Shown here piece by piece: positions 24,649 to 32,913 of a stretch of DNA of 47,889 nt. Both the position numbers and the translations under genes were made by a program. Numbering within the stretch: position 1 is the stretch's first letter; each line of letters starts with the position of its first letter. Where the stretch lies: NCBI GenBank assembly GCA_031263295.1, contig JAISGC010000055.1, positions 1 to 47,889 of the forward strand, given 5' to 3'. The notes under the pieces were generated by a model. The model was not told the origin of the DNA. It searched no databases and saw only the letters and a program-made list of their open reading frames with translations. The DNA comes from Rickettsiales bacterium. Its GTDB lineage: Bacteria > Pseudomonadota > Alphaproteobacteria > Rs-D84.

Positions 24649-25262
24649 AAAAATTAAACTATGATTTTAAGAAGCCGGAACTGCTCGAACTCGCGCTGAC
24701 GCAATCGGGCGCGAACGCGCGCGCGAACAACGAACGCTTGGAGTTCCTGGGCGACCGGGTTCTCGGGCTCGCGGTCGCGGACCTTCTCTATAATATGTAT
24801 CCGGGCGAGACCGAGGGCGAATTGGCGCGGCGCCAGGCCGCATTGATTTCGGCCAAAACTCTGGCGCCGATTGCGACGGGGCTCGGGCTCAAAATCAAGC
24901 ACGGGCATATGACCGGCGGCAAGATGGAGAATGTTCTGGCCGATGCGGTGGAATCGGTCATAGCGGCGGTCTTTTTGGACGGCGGATGGGCGGCCGCGAA
25001 AAAGTTCGTCGACGGGATTTGGAATGAAATCGCCGCCGCCGATAGCGCCGCGCCGAAAGACCCGAAGACAAAATTGCAGGAAATGGCCCAGCATTCGGGC
25101 GACGGCAAATTGCCGGAATACGAGTTTTTAGAGCCGAGAAGAAAGCAGTTCGTCGTGCGCGTTTCCGTGGTCGGAAAATCGGCCGAGGGCATCGGCGCGT
25201 CGAAAAAATCGGCGACAATCGCCGCAGCCGAAGCGTTGCTTAAAAAATTATCTGATAAATAA
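24645..25262 (+). CDS. rnc: ribonuclease III
   Basis: NERLEFLGDRVLGLAVADLLY signature plus a C-terminal dsRBD. ATG 24645 overlaps the lepB TGA (ATGA). Confidence 0.95.
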   Translation: MKKLNYDFKKPELLELALTQSGANARANNERLEFLGDRVLGLAVADLLYNMYPGETEGELARRQAALISAKTLAPIATGLGLKIKHGHMTGGKMENVLADAVESVIAAVFLDGGWAAAKKFVDGIWNEIAAADSAAPKDPKTKLQEMAQHSGDGKLPEYEFLEPRRKQFVVRVSVVGKSAEGIGASKKSATIAAAEALLKKLSDK

Positions 25263-26126
25263 ACTCGCGATTTCCCAGTGGGACGAACCGCGGAATTGGT
25301 CGAGCGCGACGGCGCGGACGCAATGCAGGCCGCAGCCCGCGTTCGGGCCGCCCGATTCAAGAATCTTTTTGTCCGTCAGCCAAGTTGTCGGATTGCACGA
25401 TATATAAATCACAATCGGCGCATTGGATTTTGCAATTTCCCGGCATTGGGGCTCGGCGCCCGCGCGCGGAGGGTCAAGAACTATCGTTTCATATTTATTC
25501 AGCGCGGGCGCGCGAAGCGGATTTTTATTCAGGTCGCGAACGATATTTTTTCCCGAATCGAAAATGTCGAACCGCGCGGCATCAAGCCTGCGGGTCAGCG
25601 AGCCGTTGCCGGAGAATAAATCGGCCGTGCGTCCCTTCGCGGCGCCAGCGACAAAATCCGACAGATATTTTTCGCTCTCGGTTGTCGGCTGCAAAAATCC
25701 GTTCGGACGAAAATCCGCGCGAGCGGCGCCTGCGATAATTTTTCCATTCCAAGAAACGCACGCCGCGCGCGCGTTTATTTTCGGATTGATTTTCACCGCC
25801 GAATTAAAATCGATTTCAATTCCGTCGGAAAGTTTTGTAATCAGCGCCCTTCCTGCGACGGGAAGCGCTATGTCGGCAATCGCCGCATTGATGTCGTCAT
25901 CCAACAGCGGGCATTTATCAATCGCGACGATGTCGTTGCTATGGCGCGCGAAGAACCCTACCGCGCCGGGCCCAATCTGAAACTCCGCGCGGCGCCGCGG
26001 CGCGTCAATCCAAACCACTTCGTCCGGGGTGAACGGCAATAGCTTTAATTTTTCAGATCTATATTCCGGCGCGGCAAAGTCAACCGTGCATCCTCCGCAT
26101 CGACCAAAGAACGGACACGCGGCCAT
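25248..26126 (-). CDS. RumA/TrmA-type SAM-dependent RNA (uracil-5) methyltransferase without TRAM domain
   Basis: N-terminal Cys cluster CPFFGRCGGC..C, DPPRAG motif, C-terminal IYISCNPTT. The 3' end overlaps rnc by 15 nt (convergent). Confidence 0.75.
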   Translation of the reverse strand: MAACPFFGRCGGCTVDFAAPEYRSEKLKLLPFTPDEVVWIDAPRRRAEFQIGPGAVGFFARHSNDIVAIDKCPLLDDDINAAIADIALPVAGRALITKLSDGIEIDFNSAVKINPKINARAACVSWNGKIIAGAARADFRPNGFLQPTTESEKYLSDFVAGAAKGRTADLFSGNGSLTRRLDAARFDIFDSGKNIVRDLNKNPLRAPALNKYETIVLDPPRAGAEPQCREIAKSNAPIVIYISCNPTTWLTDKKILESGGPNAGCGLHCVRAVALDQFRGSSHWEIASLFIR

Positions 26127-26128
26127 AA

Positions 26129-26806
26129 TCAGAAACTAATCCGCAATGATGCCGACACATTGTGCGACACAGGCGTGAAGTTTTTAACGGCGTCGAGCTC
26201 GTTGGGCAGCCAGCGGATGAATCTGTATGCGAGCCCCAGCGCCAATGAGCGATTGATTTCGACCGACACGCCGCCGATTAAATTATACGCGATGGGGGAA
26301 TATTTTGTTTTATCTGCGCCGACCCACTCAATTTCGCCCGCGCCGACGCCGAAGCCGACGAACGGGACGAACGGGTTGGTCTTGAACATCTGATATTCCG
26401 GGGACAATTTCGCGTCGAATATAAAGTTCGCGAATCCCCAGTGCCCGTCGCCGCGAATGTCGCCGTAATCCTCGCGCAGATTCAGATAGCTCGCCTCGAC
26501 CCGGAACGACCGCGCCAGCCGCAGCCCGACCGCAGCCGAAAAGCCGTCCATTGAATCGGCCTTCATTCCGCCCGCCGCATCCGCGAAATGCATATTCCAT
26601 CCGCCCTCGATATAGAATCTCTTCAAGGGCTCGGCCCCGGCCTGATAATCCTCCGGCTCGCCGTCGCGCGCGACGACATACTGGACATCGGCTTTGGCGG
26701 CAAAGCCGACAAAGCAAGAGAATAAGAGAATAAGAGAATAAGAGAATGGAGCGAAACGCAACCGCATCGCTTTAATTTTTTGCAAAAACATTGTAATGAA
26801 CTCCAT
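26129..26806 (-). CDS. beta-barrel outer-membrane protein (tandem paralog 1)
   Basis: MEFITMFLQKIKAMRLRFAPFSYSLILLFSCFVGFAAKA signal, ends ..SASLRISF. ATG and h-region lie in the arms of element H8. Confidence 0.75.
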   Translation of the reverse strand: MEFITMFLQKIKAMRLRFAPFSYSLILLFSCFVGFAAKADVQYVVARDGEPEDYQAGAEPLKRFYIEGGWNMHFADAAGGMKADSMDGFSAAVGLRLARSFRVEASYLNLREDYGDIRGDGHWGFANFIFDAKLSPEYQMFKTNPFVPFVGFGVGAGEIEWVGADKTKYSPIAYNLIGGVSVEINRSLALGLAYRFIRWLPNELDAVKNFTPVSHNVSASLRISF

Positions 26807-26853
26807 TCTCTTATTCTCTGCAAATGCGAAGCATTTGCGTTCTCTTATTCTCT
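26717..26853 (-). repeat. heptad-arm element H8 (AGAGAAT units) spanning the 5' end of the OMP gene
   Basis: On mRNA: AGAGAAUAAGAGAAUGGAG pairs perfectly (19 bp) with CUCCAUUCUCUUAUUCUCU. Side hairpin GCAAAUGCUUCGCAUUUGC. Confidence 0.9.
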
Positions 26854-26856
26854 AAA

Positions 26857-27627
26857 TTAAAAACTGCTCCTCCACGACAAGGACGCGCCGAGCAAGCCGA
26901 AGGTATTGCGGCCGTCCTCGAATCCGGCGGGGCCGGTCATAAACTCGTATTTCGCGGAAAGGTCGATCGCGTTCGTCTCGGTCATCAGGAACGAAAATCC
27001 CGCCGCCGCGCGGCCGCCCGCGATAAAGCCGGAAAAGCCCGTCGCCGCGAAATCCGCGTATCCGCCCGCCGCTCCTATGCCGATGAACGGCACGACCCGG
27101 CGGCGATACATAATATCGCCGCGCATTCTGTATCTGCGGGCCAGGTCGAAATAAAGCATCGCGTCGCCGCCGTCGATGTTCGCCGTGCCGCTGCCCGCGC
27201 TCGGGCTATCGGTCCAACGCAAGTCCTGGTGCCACAGGGCCAGTTCGCCGCGGGCCCATGACGAAAAGTTCGCGCCGAGGGCGAAGCGCTCGAAAAATCC
27301 CCAGTCGTATTCGACGCCCTGCTTGATGCCGAAGTTCGCGCCGCCGCCAAGCCGCACATAGAAATCGGTCGGAATAAATACATCCTGATCCGTCTCGACC
27401 GGGCCCTTGTCATAGACCGCATTGCCAAGGCTTCCCGCGGCCGCGGGCTTTTTCGCGCGCACCGCGATATAGTCCAACCCGCGCGCCGTCTCGCTGGTGA
27501 AAGCATCGTAATTTGCCGCGCCTGCGGCGCCGCAAAGAGAGAATAAGAGAATAAGAGAATAAGAGAATGGGGCCCGACGCAGCCGCAACGCTTTAATTTT
27601 TAACAAAAACAATTTAATGATTTCCAT
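26857..27627 (-). CDS. beta-barrel outer-membrane protein (tandem paralog 2)
   Basis: MEIIKLFLLKIKALRLRRAPFSYSLILLFSLCGAAGA signal, ends ..LSWRSSF. The only in-frame ATG lies in the H9 arm. Confidence 0.75.
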   Translation of the reverse strand: MEIIKLFLLKIKALRLRRAPFSYSLILLFSLCGAAGAANYDAFTSETARGLDYIAVRAKKPAAAGSLGNAVYDKGPVETDQDVFIPTDFYVRLGGGANFGIKQGVEYDWGFFERFALGANFSSWARGELALWHQDLRWTDSPSAGSGTANIDGGDAMLYFDLARRYRMRGDIMYRRRVVPFIGIGAAGGYADFAATGFSGFIAGGRAAAGFSFLMTETNAIDLSAKYEFMTGPAGFEDGRNTFGLLGASLSWRSSF

Positions 27628-27674
27628 TATCTTATTCTCTGCGAACGCGAAGCGTTCGCATTCTCTTATTCTCT
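27536..27674 (-). repeat. heptad-arm element H9 (AGAGAAT units) spanning the 5' end of the OMP gene
   Basis: AGAGAAUAAGAUAAUGG pairs with CCAUUCUCUUAUUCUCU (16/17). Side hairpin GCGAACGCUUCGCGUUCGC. Confidence 0.9.
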
Positions 27675-27681
27675 AACTTTG

Positions 27682-27710
27682 TTGCATTCTAGCACGAAAA
27701 TCTTTATAAT
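27682..27710 (+). promoter_or_regulatory. promoter TTGCAT-17-TATAAT, 6 nt from the lpxI ATG (leaderless candidate)
   Basis: gTTGCATtctagcacgaaaatcttTATAATtgcaatATG. Confidence 0.6.
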
Positions 27711-27716
27711 TGCAAT

Positions 27717-28541
27717 ATGAAGGACAAAAAAATTGCGATTGTCGCGGGCTCGTTGAAACTGCCCGATTTGGTGGCCGAAGACCTGGCGCGCCAGGGCTAT
27801 GATGTCTTTTTCGTGGCCTTGAAGAACTTTTACGACGGCCTGCGGCGACCCGAACGCGGGCTGCGGCCCGATTTGACCATTCGCCTGGGCGCGCTGGGCA
27901 CGGCGATCCGCGAGTTCCGGAAACGCAACATAAAGCAGATGGTTATGGTCGGCGCGCTCGGCCATCCGAACATCGCCGACATAAGGCCCGACTGGGCGTC
28001 GATAAAGATTCTGGCGCGCATCATCAAGAATCAGCGCGGCGACGATTCTGTCCTCAAAACTCTGATTTCTGAAATCGAGCGCTTGGGCGTGCGGGTTTTG
28101 CCCGCGCATAAACTCTGTCCGGATTTGACATTCGACAAGGGCGTTTTAACGCGCAAACGGCCGACGGCGACGGATATAGCCGATATAAAGTTTGGGACAA
28201 AAGTTGCGAACGCAATCGGCAAACTGGATATTGGCCAATCTGTCGCGGTGCGCGGCGGGGTTCTCGCGGTCGAGGCGGCCGAGGGCACGCGCGAGATGCT
28301 CGCGCGGGTCGCCGACATTCGGCGCGGGCACAAAAAGACCGGCGGCGTTTTGGTCAAACTGGTCAAGCCGGGTCAGACGACAATCCTGGACATTCCGGCG
28401 GTCGGCGTTCAGACCATCGAAGACGCCGCGGCCGCGGGCCTGAACGGAATCGCCGTCAACTCGCGCGAATGCTGGGCCATAGAAAAAGACGCGATCATCG
28501 CCGCGGCGAACAAACGCCGGATGTTTATCACGGCCGAATGA
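27717..28541 (+). CDS. lpxI: UDP-2,3-diacylglucosamine diphosphatase LpxI (DUF1009)
   Basis: MKDKKIAIVAGSLKLP.., ..IGQSVAVRGGVLAVEAAEGTREML.., ..LVKLVKPGQTTILDIPAVG.. match my memory of LpxI. Confidence 0.8.
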   Translation: MKDKKIAIVAGSLKLPDLVAEDLARQGYDVFFVALKNFYDGLRRPERGLRPDLTIRLGALGTAIREFRKRNIKQMVMVGALGHPNIADIRPDWASIKILARIIKNQRGDDSVLKTLISEIERLGVRVLPAHKLCPDLTFDKGVLTRKRPTATDIADIKFGTKVANAIGKLDIGQSVAVRGGVLAVEAAEGTREMLARVADIRRGHKKTGGVLVKLVKPGQTTILDIPAVGVQTIEDAAAAGLNGIAVNSRECWAIEKDAIIAAANKRRMFITAE

Positions 28542-28597
28542 ATCCCCTCCAAAAATAAATATTTGCAATTTTTTTGACGCTGTGTAATAATTCCTCC

Positions 28598-28788
28598 GCA
28601 TCGGCGCAAGCCGCCGGTGTGGGGATTCTAAACCTCGATTCAATCGCGTCCGCAGGGACGATAAATGCTCCAACAACAGGTTGGAGTGTGTGAATATATC
28701 GAATAAACACGCAATTTACGATTGAATTGTTTAGAAACTCCAACCATCCTTCGCGGCGGCGCCGCTTCGGATGGCGGGCCGCTTTTTA
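28598..28788 (+). ncRNA. candidate structured RNA / 5' leader ending in an intrinsic terminator
   Basis: Possible promoter TTGCAA-16-TAATAA (28564-28591). Long-range helix ucuaaac..auucaaucg / cgauugaau..uuuaga enclosing hairpins cgucc-gcag-ggacg and cuccaac-aacag-guuggag. Alternative pairing of guuggag with cuccaacc (28738-28745). GC stem + U5 at 28753-28787. Confidence 0.35.
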
Positions 28789-28818
28789 TGGCGGTTTTTT
28801 GTGGTCAAAAAAGGTGAA

Positions 28819-30207
28819 ATGATGCAGGACTATAAAAGAGTTTTTAAGTTGTTCGGGATTATTCCCGCGCTGCGCGTGCGGAAAAGCGCGCATAGGTTCG
28901 AGATAAGATTATTGTGCTTTATTCCGTTTGTAAAACTATCGAAGAAGGGCCGCCGCCGAATGATAATCCTGTTCGGATTTCTTCCGCTGGCCCGCTGGCG
29001 CGCCGGGGCGAAGGTCGCGTCTATGCCGGAAATGATAAAATCCCTGACGACGGCAGTTGCGGAAAACAAGACGGCGCTGAAAAAACTCGACAACTATAAC
29101 ACGCGCGCCGGAATGTCGCGTTTTTTGGAATTGCCCGCCCGAAGAAACAGCGTGCTGGTTCTCGATTTTACAAACGGACATCTTGAAGTTCTGGCCAGCG
29201 TGGTCCACTATTTTCTCGAACTCGGATACAATGTCGACATAGGCCTGACGCCGGAGAATATCGCAAACGACGGAATCGATTGCTTTAATTTCCCGACCGA
29301 CCGCGTGCGGGTCGTGTCCGTCGATGAGAAAACCAGATATTCGCCGCTCTTTACCAGAGGATTCCTGCGCTATGACTGGATTTTTCTAAACACGAGTGAT
29401 GTATATTCAGCCAAAGAACATAATGCGGTTGATTATGTTAAAAAATATTGCTGGCAATATTATAAAAACAATCTTTATTTCATAACGCATGGCAATTCGG
29501 AATGGAGGGAAAAAATCCCCCCGAAAATCGCGCGCGAACTGCTGCCGTTCGATTGGAAGATACATCGGTTCCCGATTTACGGGCATATATCGAACTATCT
29601 TTCGCCGACTTGGTTCGCGCCGGTCGCCAAGGATTCGCCGAAGAACAAAACAACGCGGTTTTTTATCGCGGGCGGCATTCAGAATAAAAATAAGGAGCGG
29701 CGCGACCACAATATTCTTTTTGACGCGCTGATGCGCAATGGCAATCTTCGCGTCGTAGTAATAGGACGACGCGAAAATCAGAGCGAAAGCCTGGTGATAC
29801 CGGATGAATTGAAGGAGACGCTTGATTTCTGCGGAACCCTGACATATCGGCAGATGTATCAGGAATTGAACAAATCGGACTTCATATTGTCCGGCTGCAA
29901 TGCCGACAATCCGGTGCAAAATTACGAGTATCTGAAAAATTGCGCGTCCGGAAATTACGGCCTGTCCATCGGATTCTCGAAGCCCTTGGTAATTCCGACA
30001 GAATACGCCAAGGCCGCCGGGCTTGACGCCTCGACCGCAATCGTTTATGACGGAGAGCGCGAAACTTTGGCCGACGCAATCGGCCGGGCCATAAAAATGA
30101 CGCCCGCCGAATACGCGTCTATGACAAAGAACATTTCCGAACTGCGCGCGCGCCTGCAATCGGAAACCATGGATAATTTCCGGCGCGTTTTCGGAGAAGC
30201 CAAATGA
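28819..30207 (+). CDS. hypothetical protein, possible glycosyltransferase
   Basis: Start taken at ATG 28819 (AAGGTG SD); the ORF-track start 28771 lies inside the terminator. N-terminal duplicated motif FGIIPALRVRK / FGFLPLARWR. Translationally coupled (ATGA) to the GT8 gene. No family recognised with confidence. Confidence 0.4.
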   Translation: MMQDYKRVFKLFGIIPALRVRKSAHRFEIRLLCFIPFVKLSKKGRRRMIILFGFLPLARWRAGAKVASMPEMIKSLTTAVAENKTALKKLDNYNTRAGMSRFLELPARRNSVLVLDFTNGHLEVLASVVHYFLELGYNVDIGLTPENIANDGIDCFNFPTDRVRVVSVDEKTRYSPLFTRGFLRYDWIFLNTSDVYSAKEHNAVDYVKKYCWQYYKNNLYFITHGNSEWREKIPPKIARELLPFDWKIHRFPIYGHISNYLSPTWFAPVAKDSPKNKTTRFFIAGGIQNKNKERRDHNILFDALMRNGNLRVVVIGRRENQSESLVIPDELKETLDFCGTLTYRQMYQELNKSDFILSGCNADNPVQNYEYLKNCASGNYGLSIGFSKPLVIPTEYAKAAGLDASTAIVYDGERETLADAIGRAIKMTPAEYASMTKNISELRARLQSETMDNFRRVFGEAK

Positions 30208-30992
30208 ACATCTTTTATTGCTCGGACGAGAATTATATGCCGATTACGCTGGCGAGCGTCAGGTCGCTGGTCGAGCATAACCCGAACGCGAATATTTTTA
30301 TAATCGTTCCGCCGGACGGGGTCGACGAAAAATGGCGCGGCCTGCTGCCGAAGGGAACGAAGATAATTCAGGCGCCTGCCGGGGCTATTTCTGCGCGCGC
30401 GGAAAATGCGTTCAGAATTCTTCCTGCTGCGGCTTATATGCGGCTGCTTATTCCGAAGCTATGCCCGAAAATCAATCGCGCGATTTATTTGGACTGCGAT
30501 ACGATAATCAGCGCTGACCTGACCGAGTTGTTTGATTTTGATTTGCGCGGCTCGGCCCTCGGCGCGGTTTATGACCAAGGGACGACGGATTGGATGAAAA
30601 AGCAGAATGCGGCGATGAGATTGAATGAGTTTCATCCGTTGATAAACAGCGGCGTGCTGCTGATGGATTGCAAAAAATGGCGCGACGAAAATATCGCCGA
30701 AAAAATATTGGCGCTAGATTCCGTGGTTCCTGATCGGCTGGACAACGACCAAGGTTTGATAAACAAATATTTTGCGGACAAGTTTTTGTGCGAGCTGCCC
30801 GTTGAATATAATTTTATGCTGTCTTCGATAATCTTTCACGATTGGGATCGCGGCGCGGACGCGGCGATTGTGCATTACACGGGACCGCATGCGAGGCCTT
30901 GGCTGGAAGAGACGCAAAATCCCAAGCTGGCGCCATATTTCGACCTGTGGAAAAAATATTCGGAGGGCGATGGCCCGCGGCCGCGGGCATAA
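30204..30992 (+). CDS. family 8 glycosyltransferase (LPS/LOS RfaJ/LgtC-like)
   Basis: MNIFYCSDENYMPITLASVRSL.., YLDCDTIISADLTELF (DxD), NSGVLLMD, HYTGPHARPW are typical GT8 motifs. Confidence 0.8.
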   Translation: MNIFYCSDENYMPITLASVRSLVEHNPNANIFIIVPPDGVDEKWRGLLPKGTKIIQAPAGAISARAENAFRILPAAAYMRLLIPKLCPKINRAIYLDCDTIISADLTELFDFDLRGSALGAVYDQGTTDWMKKQNAAMRLNEFHPLINSGVLLMDCKKWRDENIAEKILALDSVVPDRLDNDQGLINKYFADKFLCELPVEYNFMLSSIIFHDWDRGADAAIVHYTGPHARPWLEETQNPKLAPYFDLWKKYSEGDGPRPRA

Positions 30993-31005
30993 CATTATCC
31001 CGCAC

Positions 31006-31034
31006 TTGAAAACCTCAAATCTTTTCCCTATAAT
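31006..31034 (+). promoter_or_regulatory. promoter TTGAAA-17-TATAAT, 6 nt from the grpE ATG (leaderless candidate)
   Basis: cTTGAAAacctcaaatcttttcccTATAATgactctATG. Confidence 0.6.
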
Positions 31035-31040
31035 GACTCT

Positions 31041-31517
31041 ATGGAAAAAGAAACAAACATCAGCCCCGAGGTCGAAAAAGACGACTTCAAGGACAAATAT
31101 CTGCGCGCGATGGCCGAGTTAGAAAACACGCGCAAGCGCGCAAGCGTCGATGCCGAAAACGCCGCGCGCGCGCGCGCGATTTCCGTCGCGGCCGAGTTCC
31201 TGCCCTTGGTCGACGCCATCGACGCGGCCGCAACGCACGCGCCCGACGACGACGGAATCCGCAGTCTTAAAAAGGCATCCGACGGAACGCTTGCCAAACT
31301 CGGCATCGTTCGCGTCGAGACAACCGGCGCAATGATGAATCCGCAATTTCACAATGTCGTTATGACCGAGCCATCCGACGCGGCCGCCAACACTATCACG
31401 CGCGAAATGCAGTCGGGATTTATGTTCGGCGATGTCGTTCTGCGGCCCGCAATGGTTGCGGTCGCGGCCAATGCGGTCAATCAAAAAAAAGACGAAAGCG
31501 GTGAAGAAAAAATATAA
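31041..31517 (+). CDS. grpE: nucleotide exchange factor GrpE
   Basis: ..KDKYLRAMAELENTRKRA..AAEFLPLVDAIDAA.. and the C-terminal beta domain ..GFMFGDVVLRPAMV. Confidence 0.9.
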   Translation: MEKETNISPEVEKDDFKDKYLRAMAELENTRKRASVDAENAARARAISVAAEFLPLVDAIDAAATHAPDDDGIRSLKKASDGTLAKLGIVRVETTGAMMNPQFHNVVMTEPSDAAANTITREMQSGFMFGDVVLRPAMVAVAANAVNQKKDESGEEKI

Positions 31518-31665
31518 GTTCGACCTGTCGGACTTTTCCGTCCGGTGGGTCCAGACGATGCGCATTCTTGGGATTAAAATCATATTGAACCGCAGGAAGA
31601 AATTTGCAACAATCGAAGCCGCGGCGCGGTTCCTGCGCCAGAAATCGCGCGAATACACAAAATGA
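31501..31665 (+). CDS. possible small basic protein (start uncertain: GTG 31501 or ATG 31558)
   Basis: The only support is an open frame filling the grpE-ybgC gap and a TGA that overlaps the ybgC ATG (ATGA). Contains ..KKFATIEAAARFL.., a weak HTH-like motif. Confidence 0.25.
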   Translation: MKKKYKFDLSDFSVRWVQTMRILGIKIILNRRKKFATIEAAARFLRQKSREYTK

Positions 31666-32033
31666 AAAAACCGCATATTTTTCCGTTTATGGTTGCTTAT
31701 GCCGACACCGACGCGGGCGGGATCGTCTATCACGCACGCTATGTCGAGATAGCCGAGCGCGCGCGGATGGATTTGTTTTCAGGCGTCGATGACCCGGACG
31801 GCGGCTTTGTTATAAAAAAATTGCAGGTCGAATATATAAAGCCGCTGCGCCTTGGCGACCGGTTCGTCGTCGAGACAATCTTCACCGGGCACACGGCCGC
31901 GACCGCCGATGTCCGGCAGACATTCGTCAAAGACGGCGAGACTATGGCGGTGCTGACCGGCACGGCGGTCTATGTCGACGCAAACATCCGCCCGAAGAAG
32001 CTGACAAGCGTGTGGATGGAGTATATTGACTAG
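31662..32033 (+). CDS. ybgC: tol-pal-associated acyl-CoA thioesterase YbgC
   Basis: Hot-dog 4HBT motif ..VAYADTDAGGIVYHARYVEIAERAR.., located directly upstream of tolQ. Confidence 0.85.
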   Translation: MKKPHIFPFMVAYADTDAGGIVYHARYVEIAERARMDLFSGVDDPDGGFVIKKLQVEYIKPLRLGDRFVVETIFTGHTAATADVRQTFVKDGETMAVLTGTAVYVDANIRPKKLTSVWMEYID

Positions 32034-32072
32034 GCTAGACCAGAGAAATAAAAAACAAAAGGAAGCAAAAAT

Positions 32073-32534
32073 ATGAACAATCAATTCAGTTTAATATCGC
32101 TTTTCGTCGGCGGGGATTTCGCCGTCGTGTCGTCGTCCATAATTATGGTAATTATGAGCGTGATGTCCTGGGGCGTGATAATCGGAAAGACGCGCACTTG
32201 GGCGCGCGCGCGGCGCGCGAAAATAAATCGCGCGCTTCCGGTGGAAGAGATAATGAAGCCCTTCGATAAAAACCTCTGGTTCCTTTCGATGTGCTCGACC
32301 ACCGCGCCGTTCATAGGATTATTCGGAACCGTGTGGGGCGTGATGAACGCGTTTGCCTCCATCGGCGCCGCTAAATCCGTCAGCATCGCGGTCATTGCTC
32401 CGGGGCTGGCCGCGGCGCTCGGCACGACGGTCATCGGCCTTATCGTCGCGATTCCGGCGACGATAGCATATCAATATTTCTCCAAAAAATCCGATGACCT
32501 TTACAACGAGTTGACCGATGGCAAGACGAAATAG
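32073..32534 (+). CDS. tolQ: TolQ (MotA/TolQ/ExbB proton channel), unusually short (153 aa)
   Basis: ..STTAPFIGLFGTVWGVMNAF..LAAALGTTVIGLIVAIPATIAYQYF.. The cytoplasmic loop between TM1 and TM2 looks strongly shortened. Confidence 0.8.
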   Translation: MNNQFSLISLFVGGDFAVVSSSIIMVIMSVMSWGVIIGKTRTWARARRAKINRALPVEEIMKPFDKNLWFLSMCSTTAPFIGLFGTVWGVMNAFASIGAAKSVSIAVIAPGLAAALGTTVIGLIVAIPATIAYQYFSKKSDDLYNELTDGKTK

Positions 32535-32910
32535 GCGCGACGGCGCGATACAACTTACGCCGATGATCGATGTGATGGCGACATTGCTCGGCGTGTTTAT
32601 GTTCACGACGCCGATGATGACCAGCGGCATAGACTTGGATCTGCCCGCGGCGGGAAAATCCGCGGCGTCGTCGCCCGACCACGCGATGAAATTATCGGTC
32701 GATAAATCGGGACGCTATTATTTGGGCGAGGATGAGATGGCGCTTGATAAAATCATTCTGCGTCTGGCCGCGATGCGTGGCGAGAATCCGAAGCTCTCGG
32801 TTATGATTGCTGGCGACGGAGCCGCCGATTACGGCGCGGTGATGCGCGCGATGGGCGGCCTCAAAGACGCAGGCTTCGAGTCCGTATCGTTGGAGACGCG
32901 CGCGGAATAA
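32518..32910 (+). CDS. tolR: TolR (ExbD/TolR family)
   Basis: ..IQLTPMIDVMATLLGVFMFTTP.. plus a periplasmic domain. Overlaps the tolQ 3' end by 17 nt. Confidence 0.85.
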   Translation: MARRNRRDGAIQLTPMIDVMATLLGVFMFTTPMMTSGIDLDLPAAGKSAASSPDHAMKLSVDKSGRYYLGEDEMALDKIILRLAAMRGENPKLSVMIAGDGAADYGAVMRAMGGLKDAGFESVSLETRAE

Positions 32911-32913
32911 AAT

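Noticed and set aside
28771-28818. ORF-track start (28771) of the putative glycosyltransferase gene.
   Set aside because: These codons coincide with the GC stem + U-tract of the upstream terminator. ATG 28819 has an AAGGTG SD at proper spacing.
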